A stretch of 64,000 bases of DNA from Octopus vulgaris (lineage: Eukaryota): positions 189,472,001 through 189,536,000 of the forward strand of contig OX597815.1 in the NCBI GenBank assembly GCA_951406725.2, in the 5' to 3' direction. Within the stretch, counting starts at the first letter, position 1, and every line of letters starts with the position of its first letter. Of the stretch, positions 37,703 to 49,999 are shown one piece after another. The position numbers and the translations under genes are program-made. The notes beneath the pieces are model-generated. The model was not told where the DNA came from. It saw nothing but the letters and a program-made list of their open reading frames with translations, and ran no database searches.

Positions 37703-38769
37703 TCTTAAATTTTTATTCATAATACTTTCCAATATTTGAAAAGTCGTAATTTCAAACTTGATAATCTATAAGTTATTATAAGGAAAATTTGTCTTGTAAA
37801 TCATGAATAAAATGGTATAAATATTGTCCTGTAGGTGTAGAAATTTGCTTCCTGACCACGTAGTTCTGAGTTCAGTCCCACTGCATGGGATATTGTGAGT
37901 GGATTTGATTGATGGAAACTGAAAGAAGCTAAGTGTGTGTCTGTGTGTATGTGTGTGTGTGTTGGTGTGTCAGTGTGTCGATGGGTGTCTGTGTTTGTCT
38001 CCCACCACCACTTGACAGCCATAAAAGTATATTTTTGACGATCATTAAAAATGCTTTTTAGCAAATTTCAATAATTATTTTAACATTTAGGACAGAGGAT
38101 TTACTGCTGTAGTTAATATTGTACAACACCCAATTCAGTGTTTCATGGTTATAATTTCAAACCTGGATATGATCAAATTTACATTTCCTTCATGGGAATT
38201 TTTGAAACAGGAGCCTTTTACATACATCAAAGAAGTAAAACCTTTCAACTAAGAACCTTTCTTTTTCATTTTATTGTGTTTTTCATTGGACCTTATAATT
38301 TTCTTTTCTTCTAACTAAATATTCTTCTAGCATAATGTGCATACATGAAAATATAAAAATAAATATTTATATTCTCCGATGTGCACACTTTACATTTATG
38401 TTGTGTATCATTTAATGCTTTCTGCAATGTTCTGACAACCTATTTTCATGAACAATTTTACTTAGAATAGTTTTCTTTGTCACTGCAGCTGCAGGCAATT
38501 TACTGGTTGTTTTTTTTTCCTACACATAGGGATCCAATTATATATGTGTATGTCTGGGTGTGCATATGCATGCATTCCCACAACATCTTACATCAATAAA
38601 CTTTGAGTTTACTCTTTATACGGATATATTTTTTCACTGTTACTTCTCTTAAACAAAACAGGAAATTGAATAATTTATAAAAAAATCAAAACTCATCAAT
38701 TAAAATTTATATGACACTTTTCTTGTCATGCACAGGCAAGGCTGTTTCATAAGAATTTTGCTTCTCAAC

Positions 38770-39012
38770 TCAGAATGAAATACCAGCAGATGAAATACCT
38801 ATTTCTTTACTACCCACAAGGGGCTAAACACAGAGAGAACAACCAAGGACAGACAAATGGATTAAGTCGATTATATCAACCCCCAGTGCATAACTTGTCA
38901 TAGATGAAAGGCAAAGTTGACCTCAGCAGAATTTGAACTCAGAACATAGCGGCAGATGAAATACCTCTAAGCATTTCACCCAGCATGTTAGTGATTCAGC
39001 CAGCTCGCCACC
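38770..39012 (-). mobile_element. SINE family B
   Basis: Reverse complement of the family B pattern. Confidence 0.85.
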
Positions 39013-39026
39013 CTATGAATTATTAT

Positions 39027-39650
39027 TAGATAAACTTAGATAAACTTAGATATGTTTCGACCAAAGATTGGTCCAGGCCATGTCTAACTTAATAGCACCA
39101 CCTGATGGGATTATCTAAATCCTGTTTAAGTCAAGTTTTGTTTATGGTCCATTCAAGTAGTGAGTTTTTGTTGGGTGAGTTGTACCCAATTATGGGTGGC
39201 TTATCTGGTATTCCTTGAAGGAATCTATCCAGACTCCGTTTAAAATTGATGGGATCTTTTCCTCTTTGATCTCTTTCGGGACAATGTCAAATAGGGCAGG
39301 GCCTGTTGAGGAAAAGAAATTATGTTGCAGTGTACATGTATGCTGTGCTCTTGAATTGGGCAGGGGACGTATGGCCCGTGGTCCCAGTCTTGGATGAACC
39401 TTGAAGCTAATGTTCAGGTCGTTTGGGCAAAGTTGACAGTATATTCTCCACATCGTACAAATGATGTACCACTCACGGCAACACTGGAGAGAGTAAAGTT
39501 TCAAGGCCTTAAGGTGGTCCCAGTAATCGAGAGCAGCCATGCCTTCGATTCGTTTAGTGAGTGCCCTCTGGGGTGATTCAATCCTCGAGATGTTTTGTCT
39601 TGTATGGGGAGACCACAGTGGGCAGCAGTATTCGAGGTGTGGCCGTACAT
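39027..39650 (-). mobile_element. CR1/L2-group LINE, 5'-truncated, frameshifted
   Basis: RPHLEYCCPLWSPH..LKLYSLQ..FKVHPRLGPRAIRP is homologous to the 11934-12581 ORF; (TCTAAGTTTA)n tail. Confidence 0.85.
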
Positions 39651-40301
39651 TGGACAAATAATAATTGACTTAATGAATCATACATTTGTAGCTTTCCTGG
39701 TTTAGCTGTTCAGATATGTTCTATTTTACTATTACTTGTCGACTTCTTATCCCTGCACATTCTTTACTTTCACTCCTGTTCTATAAATTCTTAGGTTTGT
39801 TGGCAGCAATTTCAAGCAAAGCTAGAGAAAATCTGATTGGAAGAATATAATAAAACAAATGAGAAACAATCATCAATCATTATACCATGAATAAAGATTG
39901 AAGCATTAAAATTTGTTTAACAAGATGTCTGCTCAAAAGGAGAAAATCTGAAAACTTCTGGGTACTCATTTACTGAACAAGAAAGACATAAAGCTTATAA
40001 AATTTCATTAAGTCATTAAGTAATCAAAATATATAATTAGATTTATACAAATAAACAACTCTAGAAAGCTGGATTTAAATTGAATCAATTGCTTCAGGAT
40101 TTTCATTTGAAAGTCATGTCACATTATTCATCTTAATACGTACATATGACAAATAAAGACGTGAGTCACAGAATTAAAAATGGTGGCTTCTAATATATTT
40201 GAAAACAACAGGATTATGATTGAATTTGCTCCTCAGATCTCTAGTTTTTAAGTATCGTAATAATTCCACAAAGCTGCTATTCTAGAAGGAATATAAATAT
40301 T

Positions 40302-40944
40302 GGTTTCAAATTTCAGCACAAGGCCAGCAAGTTCAGGAGGGTCAGGGCAAGTCAATTACATCAAGGCAGCGAGCTGGCTGAAACGTTAGCATGACGGGTG
40401 AAATGCATAGCTGTATTTCGTCTACCGTTACATTCTGAGTTCAAATTCCACCGAGGTCGACTTTGCCTTTCATCCTTTCGGGGTCGATTAAATAAGTACC
40501 AGTTACGCACTGGGGTCAATCTAATCGACTTAATCCGTTTGTCTGTCCTTGTTTGTCCCCTCTATGTTTAGCCCCTTGTGGGTAGTAAAGAAATAGGTAT
40601 TTCGTCTGCCGTTACATTCTGAGTTCAAATTCCACCGAGATCAACTTTGCCTTTCATCCTTTCGGGGTCGATTAAATAAGTACCAGTTACGCACTGGGGT
40701 TTCATATAATCGACTTAATCCGTTTGTCTGTTCTTGTTTGTCCTTTCTGTGTTTAGCCCCTTGTGGGTAAAGAAATAGGTAAGTCAATTACATTGACCCC
40801 CCCATCATGCTCAAATGGTACTTATTTTATCAACCCCATAAAGATGCAAAGTAAAATCAACCCTCACAGAATTTGAACTCAGGACCTAAAGATGGATAAA
40901 GCATTTTGCCTTGTGTGCTAACAATTCTGCCAGCTCACCGCCTT
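40302..40944 (-). mobile_element. family B variant SINE containing an oppositely oriented family B dimer (40364-40780, +)
   Basis: Outer TSD aaggaatataaatatt (40286-40301, 40945-40960); inner TSD aagtcaattacat. Confidence 0.85.
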
Positions 40945-41834
40945 AAGGAATATAAATATTAAAATTTTGAGAGTAATTAAAGAATATTAATACAGTAACA
41001 AAAACACCCAAGAATTTTAAGGCTATGGTAGTGCAATCATTTGAAAGTTTCTTATAATTGTCAACCAGAAAATTATAGAACTATTTTTATCAGGATTTTT
41101 ATAAGGATTTTAAAAATGTATCGATATGAGATATTAATGCATTAGATATTATATATTAGGACCATGTTTGTTTTAGATTTTTTGTTTATTTTCCTAGTAA
41201 CCTTATTGATAGAGTTCCATGTTCAATATAGCTACAGTCTATTGTCAGAACCAGTTAAAGGATAAGAAAGAATAGGAATTACAAAAAGCAAAAGGAAGAA
41301 TCTAAGAATACCGAAAATAAAGAATAAATATAAAATGCATATAAAGCTAGGAAACCATACAATAAAACTGATCTAGGATCTTGTTACTCAGATTTTTTTA
41401 GAACTTTAGGGGTTTGTTTTGAAGAAAGGAGAGAGAATACAAGAGAGAGAGGGGGAGAGAAAGGAGTGAAGAGAGAAAGTTGAGAGATTTTATGCAAGAA
41501 TTAATGGCATTGGATACAAAGCATGTGAGTTGTATAATAAGTGATGGAAGAATGTTATAGAACATCATGTTTATGTACCAACAGAATGTTCCACTCTCTG
41601 GAATCAATATAATATTTGTACATTCTATTTTCCTACATCAATAAATGTACAATTGACACCATCGAAATCATAGCTACGTTCTCCCTATTTTTTCAAAGAG
41701 CATTTGTGATATTTTGTCATAGCTAGTAAAAAAGAGTTGGTTAAGTTTTCAGCTGGAAAATCTAAACTGTAGGTGTAAAAAATTCAAGGTATCAAAGAAT
41801 TGGTAGATTCTTATATAAACTAATTTATTTAGTG

Positions 41835-42231
41835 ACTAGCAGTATCGCCCGGCATTGCTCGGGTTTGTAAGGGAAATAACTATATAAGCATTTTTAGAGA
41901 TGTAAAGTATAATAGCCATCTCAATATGGCTAACCACAAAGGGGGGGGGGTTACTGTAGCTTTTTACGTTCTGAGATTTAATAATAAATTTTTAGAGAGT
42001 TACTTCCCTTATATATGCCATAAATGCATTAAAAATGGGAAAAATTTATGGTAATTTTTTTAAAATCGTAGACTCATCGTAGAAGCGCGCTAATACCCAG
42101 AAGGGCTCGATATGAATCACGATTATAAGATACCCGGTTTTGGTTAAACTGCACCGCAAAATGTGGGAGTAGTTAGGAATCTAAATCGTAGGAGACAGAC
42201 AGCACACAACCTCTCTTTTATATATAAAGAT
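41835..42231 (+). mobile_element. helentron-associated (DINE-1/HINE-like) non-autonomous element
   Basis: Starts actagc with hairpin cccggcattgctcggg; ends agacagacag..cttttatatataaagat; CpGs retained; no TSD. Confidence 0.55.
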
Positions 42232-42257
42232 AAGACAGTTTTAACATATTTAATACC

Positions 42258-42480
42258 TATTTCTTTACTACCCACAAGGGGCTAAACACAGAGAGGACAG
42301 ACAAATGGATTAAGTCGATTATATCGACCCCAGTGCATAACTGGTACTTGTTTAATTGACCCCGAAAGGATGAAAGGCAAAGTCAACCTCGGCGGAAGTT
42401 GAACTCAGAACATAGCGGCAGACGAAATACCGCAAAGCATTTCGCCCGGCATGCTAACGATTCTGCCAGCTTGCTGCCTT
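42258..42480 (-). mobile_element. SINE family B
   Basis: TSD ttaacatatttaatacc at 42241-42257 and 42479-42495. Confidence 0.9.
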
Positions 42481-42843
42481 AACATATTTAATACCAGGAG
42501 CATTAAAATGCTGACAAAAATTAAAATGGACGAACAGATGGAATCATGGCTCTTTTCGGATCTCATGTTGATTGCTTTATGAAGCTTAGAGTAGCTTCTC
42601 ATTTGAATTTTAATGTTGGATTATTATCATAATGTTTTACTGCTCTTTCCTTTTGTAACTCCCGACATATTAAGCGGTGGCTTGCTACCTTGTTGAGAAT
42701 AACTTCTGACAAGTGGTGGTATTAGTGGTGGCGGTGGTGGTGGTGGTGGGGGGGAACCTTCCTAAGGAGACAGTTATTCTGAATTAGAATTCAAACCCAT
42801 GACAACCTGTCTAAACCATAGATTCTCAAAGTGGGTGATACCT

Positions 42844-43075
42844 ATTTCTTTATTACCCACAAGGGGCTAAACACAGAGGGGACAAACAAGAACAGACAGA
42901 GGTATTAAGTCGATTGCATCGATCCCAGTGCGTAACTGGTACTTAATTTATCGACCCCGAAAGGATGAAAGGCAAAGTCGACCTCGGCGGAATTTGAACT
43001 CACAACGTAACGGCAGATGAAATACCGCTAAGCATTTTGCCCGGCGTACTAACGTTTCTGCCAGCTTGCCGCCTT
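42844..43075 (-). mobile_element. SINE family B inserted in a probable hAT-like MITE (~42817-43388)
   Basis: 16-bp TSD aaagtgggtgatacct at 42828-42843 and 43077-43092; host ends ttctcaaagt / aagtttgaga. Confidence 0.85.
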
Positions 43076-44100
43076 GAAAGTGGGTGATACCTCCCCCTTG
43101 TGGGTGTTAAGATGGTCCAGGTGGGCGCTGGTGCCTAAGGGGGAGGTGGGGGTAGCAGTTGAGAAAAGGAGGCGTTGGGAGGAAGGCAGTGGATTGGGGG
43201 ACGTTATGAATTTATTGACATTATCATAGTATGGTATACAAATTATATATATTAAATATCAAATGATTCATGGTATATATAAATTAGTAAAATATAAAAT
43301 ATTTATTTATGCATAAAAATAGGGGTGGGGGTGCTGACGGCATTATGTGGCCATGAGGGGGCAGTGGACCTAAAAGTTTGAGACAAATTAATTTCAGCTT
43401 AGATCAGTAAACTTCATGGTGGGACATTTTGTTGTGCAATATCGAAGCCACTGGACTACTGACCCTGCAGATGGACAACCTCTTGGAAGCGAGCAGGTAG
43501 TCTATTCAGCAGAGATTGGCAGCTAGCTAAACTGAAGAGGTAATAAATGGCCTAGGCCTGGTGTTCTGGGACTGAGGGTCGGTTGGAAGGCTAATATCTT
43601 ACCCCCGTAACAATCAAATTGACTTTAGAAACTGCAACAGATAAAAAAATTATTTGACTCCAGCAAAGATGTGATTGTGGATAGGATAGCAACTAGAAAT
43701 GGAATTATGCTGTAGCAAGGGCCATAAAAGCTAAGGAGAACATGGCAGAGTTATGTTCCTTTAATCTGTCGTTGGTAGGTGGTGCTTTGATGGCACTAGG
43801 GAGGTATAAAAATCTTAGTCAGACATCCATTCTCTCTTTTTTTCTGTTTCCATTTCAGGGCAGGTATCTTGTCAACTGCCCACACAGGTAGGACTGCTAG
43901 CTCTCTTTTAATCCTGGCCATGACTACTACCACACTATGTAGCTAGAGCAATACTCACTCTCTATTCATCCAGTATGAACCTTTAACCCTCAGTGACTAC
44001 TGGCTTAATTACTAGCCACACCAACCGATTAAATTCACTAACGAGGGAACAAACAGTTTGTACACCTTTTATATTATTTCGCACACACCTTTGTAAAAAG

Positions 44101-44250
44101 CAGTGCGTAACTGGTACTTAATTTATTAACCCCGAAAGGATGAAAGGCAAAGTCGACCTCGGTGGAATTTGAACTCAGAGCATAACAGCAAACGAAATAC
44201 AGCTATGCATTTCGCCTGGTGTGCTAATGTTTCTGCCAGCTCACCGCCTT
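44101..44250 (-). mobile_element. SINE family B 5' part
   Basis: Matches the family B head and core. Confidence 0.8.
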
Positions 44251-44376
44251 CTTATGGTGTGGTCTTATGTGCCTCATGACATCTTTGGAACTAACTAACT
44301 AACAAATAAACATTTTGTATTTTGTAATTCTTTGATTGGGACCATTATGCAATAATGGGTTAATATTAATGTAATA

Positions 44377-44500
44377 CAGATCTATATTTAAGAGATGAGG
44401 AATTATGTACATTATTTACGTTATTTACATTTGATGGATATTTGTCCTCAAACAAGATAAGGGCAAATATCCGTCAAATGCAAATAATATAAATAATGTA
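44377..44500. mobile_element. small insertion with fold-back arm, flanked by a 13-bp direct repeat
   Basis: tattaatgtaata at 44364-44376 and 44499-44511; inverted arms span 44408-44500. Confidence 0.6.
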
Positions 44501-45585
44501 TTAATGTAATAGTTTTGAGAGTTTGATGTGGTACTATTTAGAGTCATTTATAGCAACTGTGCTATCATCCACTTACAGCTGATGTGTTATCATTTGATTA
44601 GTTAGAAAAGAGCAAGCAATATGGTACAGTTATATGAGAACCTTCATGGAATAACAGAAGGATGGAATTTTTTTCTGGAGAGTTTCGTATTTGTGATTAT
44701 TTTCTCTTTCACCAAAAAAGATTTAAAAGGAATAATAACATTGCAGTTTACATGCAAAAATAAATACTATTTGTATTTCATATTTCCTTGAGCAATCTAT
44801 TTTTTAACAAATCTGATAGAAATAGCATTTGTTTTTCTTCAGTGGTATTTGAAAAGCAAAATATGACAACATCATTAGAATACTAATAATAAATGCTATT
44901 AGATATGATTAAGAAACAAATTAAGCTTAAATTAATCACTAAATTCTCTTTATAATTTGCTTTTACTTGATTTCTTTTGTTTTGTTTTGATTTTTTTTTT
45001 TTCTCAGATTGTAATTGATTATGCTGTGCGCAATTTTTATGATAATTCAAACTGTTGGCATTTGTAACCCCAAATGCTAAATTCCTCATGTTTAATACTA
45101 GACTGGCTTTCTTTAATTCTTTTTACCCGAAACAAAGGAAAAAAAAAACCCGAAGTAAGCCAAACGTGATTTCTTGAAATTCAAACACTAAACAGTCTGC
45201 AATCTGGAATTAGAACGGTAAATAGATAAGACTTCACCTTACTAAACAAATAAACTGTAAATATCTGGTAAAAGCATGGACAAAGAATGATGACTGCCAT
45301 AAGTACTTTAAAAGCTGATAAAGGAAAAAAAAACTCCTGTTATCAGACATTAACATGAAATTTCTTTCATTCTATTTAATCCAATTGTTGCATCTGGTTT
45401 GAAGGCCAAAGTAAATATTTCATGCATTGTAACAAATGAGAAATACTTTTGTGACTGTTTTTCTGCCAAAGGGTTTTGAATTAATTTCTAAGAAAAAAAA
45501 GGAAACAAAAAAAAAAAAAAAAAAAAAAAAAACAATGAAGACTTTGGATAAGTTTAGTAAAATGTGTCAATGTTGTTGTTTTTTA

Positions 45586-46082
45586 GTCGTCACCACCATC
45601 ATCATCATCATCATTGTCAGTGGTGATGGCATTGTTGTCATCATTATCATCATCACCACCATCATAGTCATAGTCGTCATCGTCATCATCATCATTGTCA
45701 TCATCCTCATCATCAACATTTTCACCATCATCATCTTTGTCATTGTTATCATCATCGTTATCATCATCACTGTCATCATCATCCCCTTCGTCATCGTCAT
45801 CATCATCATCATCATCATCCTCCTCCTCATCATCACTGTCATCGTCATCATCATCGTCATCATCATCATCGTCATCATCATCATCTTCATCATCATCTTT
45901 ATCATTGTCATCATCATCATACTTGTCATTGTCATCACTGTCATCGTCATCATCGTCATCGTCATTGATGTCATTGTCATCACTGTCATCGTCATCATCG
46001 TCATCGTCATTGTCATCATCATCATCATCGTCATCATCTTCCTCATCCTTGTCATCATCATCCTCTTCGTCATCATCATTAC
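45586..46082. repeat. degenerate (CAT)n/(CGT)n array attached to a family D terminus
   Basis: Followed by cattttccatgctagcataggttga. Confidence 0.9.
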
Positions 46083-46542
46083 CACTTTACACCCATTTTC
46101 CATGCTAGCATAGGTTGATGGGTTGTTACAGTCAGAATCAACACACATTTAGATCTCTTGCTTGCCTGTTGTTTCATTTTGCATCTTTTTCCTCCTTCCT
46201 GACACCAGCAACTTTACTACAGAGTATACTGGATGTTTTATTTTTTGTGGCACCAGCACTAAAGAAGTATCATTTCCTTGACAAGAATAAAAAGCCCTCA
46301 CAACCTCATACTTTAAAGAGTGTACTGAGAGTATTTATTCTTTTTATACCAGCACAAGAAAGGTTTCCATGTCCTTAGCATGACTACAAGGAATGGTACA
46401 ACCCCACATCTCAGATTGTTTGCCTGTCTCATCTCAGAATTAGAAACATGAGTAAATATAGGAATGAATGATAATGATGAGAGGGAGGAGTGTTAAAGAG
46501 TGGAGCACTAAGAGCCTTCGGCATTCTGAGATTGGTAAAGAT

Positions 46543-46968
46543 AGGCGTAGGAGTGGCTGTGTGGTAAGTAGCTTGCTTACCAACCACATGGTTCCGGGTT
46601 CATTCCCACTGCATGACACCTTGGGCAAGCATCGTCTACTATAGCCTCAGGCTGACCAAAGCCTTGTGAGTGGATTTAGTAGACGGAAACTGAAAGAAGC
46701 CTGTCGTATATATGTATAGTATATATATGTATGTGTGTGTATATGTTTTTGTGTCTGTGTTTGTCCCTCCAACATCGCTTGACAACTGATGCTGGTGTGT
46801 TTACGTCTCTGTAACACAGCAGTTCAGCAAAAGAGACTGAGAGAATAAGTACTAGGCTTCCAATGACTAAGTCCTGGGTTGATTTGCTTGACTAAAGGCA
46901 GTGCTCCAGCATGGCCGCAGTCAAATGACTGCAACAAGTAAAAGAGAAAAGAGAGAAAGAGAAAGAGA
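46543..46968 (+). mobile_element. SINE family A
   Basis: Full-length match to family A. Confidence 0.9.
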
Positions 46969-47196
46969 TATTCAAGACAATGCAACATGACTGAAAGGAC
47001 AAGATAGGACAGAGATGTGTGAGTCCCAGGAGATAAAGCAATGGTAGAGATCTAGGAGATGCATAAGAGAGACAGAGCAAAAGTATGTTTGCACTTAGTT
47101 TGACACAAGGTGATGACAAGCAGTACAGCAGAAGATTAAGGTAGACTGACCTGGATATAAACAGGACAATGTGGTGATGCTTGTATTAACAATATA

Positions 47197-47762
47197 TTGG
47201 GTTATCCGGAAAGTTTGTGCCGATTTATAGTAGCTTACATTTCGATTTATTTTAGAACATGGTTGAGTCCATAAAATAGGATTTGACTACACTTCCATTT
47301 AGAGCACAGTTTAAGCTATCTTTTTGTGGAAGAAGGTTTATGTTCCTATAACCTGTGTTAATTCTGTAAACCTTTAAAATGGAAGATAAGAAAGTTCATT
47401 TTCGGCACTTGATGCTTTGGGAACCAGACAAAAATTGCTGCAGCTCGGCTGGGATGCGTTACCCCACCCTCCATATTCACCAGATGTTGCTCCTTCAAAT
47501 TGATGCTTATTCAGGTCGCCACAGAATAGTCTTAATGGTAAAAATTTCAATTCCTTGGATGACAAAAAAAGACACCTTGGTGAATTCTTTGCCATGAAAC
47601 CACCTCAATTCTGGGAAGAGGGTATTTTCAAGTTAAAGGAAAGATGGAGATGCATTGTGCAACAAAATGGTTCATATTTGGTTGATTAAAAATGTAATGG
47701 CAAGTATTTATTGACCTTTGTCTTTCCTTTGAAAATCGGCACAAACTTTCCGGACAACCCAA
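47197..47762 (+). mobile_element. internally deleted mariner with intact TIRs and TA target duplication
   Basis: TA-ttgggttatccggaaagtttgtgccgattt / aaatcggcacaaactttccggacaacccaa-TA; residual peptides MEDKKVHFRHLMLWE and LGWDALPHPPYSPDVAPS..ERWRCIVQQNGSY. Confidence 0.92.
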
Positions 47763-47977
47763 TAGAATAACATGTTATTTCTAATGAGGTTTTGATTTAT
47801 ATTTGAACAATATTAATAATATATGTTGTCTTGGTCAGATTGGTATTAAAAAAGTTAAAGTAAAAATTTATCCGTTATACAATTTACAGAAGCAATAGGT
47901 TTCTGTAAAATAGTGATATGACTCAAGGCTCGTAAGATTAGCTTAAATTTCATTGAGTCATTGACCTGATTTAAACA

Positions 47978-48017
<40 letters not shown>

Positions 48018-48690
48018 TTTCTGTCTTTACATTAACATCCTTCTATTATAATTTTCAATATGAGACCTTGTGGCATGGATCAATAGTTTCTTTCAGCAAT
48101 AATTTGTTTATCGTGTTCCTTAATTTTTATGTTCTCTAAAATGGCTTTGGGTACCATATCAGAAGTGTGTTATTAATGTTAAATTGCCAATAGACTAACC
48201 GATCAAAATTTGAAACAAAAGGACAAAACAACATTCAAATAGTCTTATCTGCGTTCGGTAATTATTTTAAACCACACACTAGCAAAGTCTGTTCAGAACA
48301 AAATTAATGATACCAAAGCAGTCTTCAACAGATGATATTTTATTAATTTTCTCAGATGAAAGCTTTCTTCTTATCCTCTATATTCCAGTGTTTGTATCTA
48401 GTCTAATAGCCTAAGTGAATATATCATCCAATATAACTTCATGATTAAAGTAAAAGTGTATTCCCTAGAAAATAATTTAATGTCGTAATTCAGTGAGGCA
48501 AAAGTAAATATTGATAATGTTGATGCCGTAGTCAATTCAGATATAGTTAAGCTTGATGTAGTTTCTGATAATGCTTGTATTGTTCTGTCAAATTTGATAT
48601 CGCTACAATTACGATCAATCTCATTGTTTAATATTAATAAAATTATGTCTGTGGATAAAATCCTTATTTTCTGTGTTGTATACCATTGCT

Positions 48691-49313
48691 GTGGAGGCAC
48701 GTGGCCAAGTGGTTAGAGCAGCAGACTTGTAGTCGAGGGATTGTGGGTTCGAATCTCAGACTGGGCGATGTGTGTGTTTATGTGTAAAACACCTAAGCTC
48801 CATGTGGCTCTGGCAGAAGGTAATGGTAAACTTCTGCTGACTCTTTCACCATAACTTTCTCTCACACTTTCCTCCTGCATCTAGCAGCTCACCTGCAATG
48901 GACCGGCGTCCAGTCCAGGTGAGACACCTATATGCCAATGAAACTGGGAAACCGGCCCTGATGACCCAGGCATGGCTCAAGAAGAAACAAACAATATGTG
49001 TGTGTGTGTGTGTGTGTAGGCACATGGTCTAGTGGTTAAAGCAGCAGACTTGCGGTCAAGGGATCATGTGTTCAAATCTCAGATCGGGCGATGTGTATGT
49101 TTATGAGTGAACCACCTAAGCTCCCTGCAGCTCAGGTAGAAGGTAATGATGAACTTCTGCTGACACTTTCACCATAACTTTCTCTCACTCTTTCCTCCTG
49201 CAGCTCACCTGCAATGGATCAGCATCCCATCCTGGTGGGGAACCTATACACCAATGAAACCAGGAAAACAGCCCTGATGAGTGAGGCATCGTTCAAAAAA
49301 GAACAAACCCCAA
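48691..49313 (+). mobile_element. tandem dimer of SINE family C joined by (TG)n
   Basis: Units at 48691-48994 and 49014-49313; one outer TSD accattgctg (48682-48691, 49317-49326). Confidence 0.85.
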
Positions 49314-49411
49314 CACACCATTGCTGATAGTGGATATATACAACTTTTGATGTTGACAGTATTTGAAATCAAGAGTATGCAGTTCCATCCTTGTACATTC
49401 TAGTTTCAAAG

Positions 49412-49999
49412 ATTGGCTTCAAATTTTGGCACAAGGCCAGCAATGCCAGGTGTGGGGTGAGTCAGTTACATCAACTACAAGCACTTGACTGATTCTTATT
49501 TTATTAATCCTGAACGGGTGAAAGGTAAAATCAGCTTTAGCAGAATTTGAACTCAGAACATAAAATTGGATGAAACACCATTGAACATTTTGCCTGGTGT
49601 ACTAATGATTCTTTTCTACTGTAGGCACAAAGCTCAAAATTTTGGGTGAGGTGGAGGCCAGTCGATTAGATTGACCCCAGTATGCAACTGGTACTTAATT
49701 TATCAACCCTGAAAGGTGAAAGGCAAAGTCGGCTTCAGCAGAATAAAAGTGGAGAAGAATGAAATATTATTTTCTCCTCTAGGCACAAGGCCAGAAATTT
49801 CTGGGGAGGAAGCCACTCGATTATATCGACCCCAATACATAACTGGTAGTTAATTTACTGACACCAAAAGGATGAAAGGCAAAGTCGACCTTGGCAGAAT
49901 TTGAACTCAGAATGTAAAGACAGACGAAATACCACTAAGCATTTCACCCAGCATGCAAACAAGGACAGACAAAGGGATTAAGTCAATTACATCAACCTC
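49412..49999 (-). mobile_element. cluster of family B variant SINE fragments
   Basis: Repeated ggcacaaggcc..gattagattgaccccag..gaaaggcaaagtc..gaatttgaactcagaa units. Confidence 0.75.

Noticed and set aside
43440-43640. RTE-like 5' region or HDV-like ribozyme
   Set aside because: Faint resemblance only; I could not build the nested pseudoknot or find an adjoining ORF.
45436-46148. Poly-Ile, poly-Met and poly-Ser ORFs that look like membrane or low-complexity proteins
   Set aside because: Frames of the degenerate (CAT)n array.
48398-48700. 100-aa minus-strand ORF in unique sequence
   Set aside because: Its start lies in a SINE head, there is no recognisable domain or splice support, and the length is compatible with chance.
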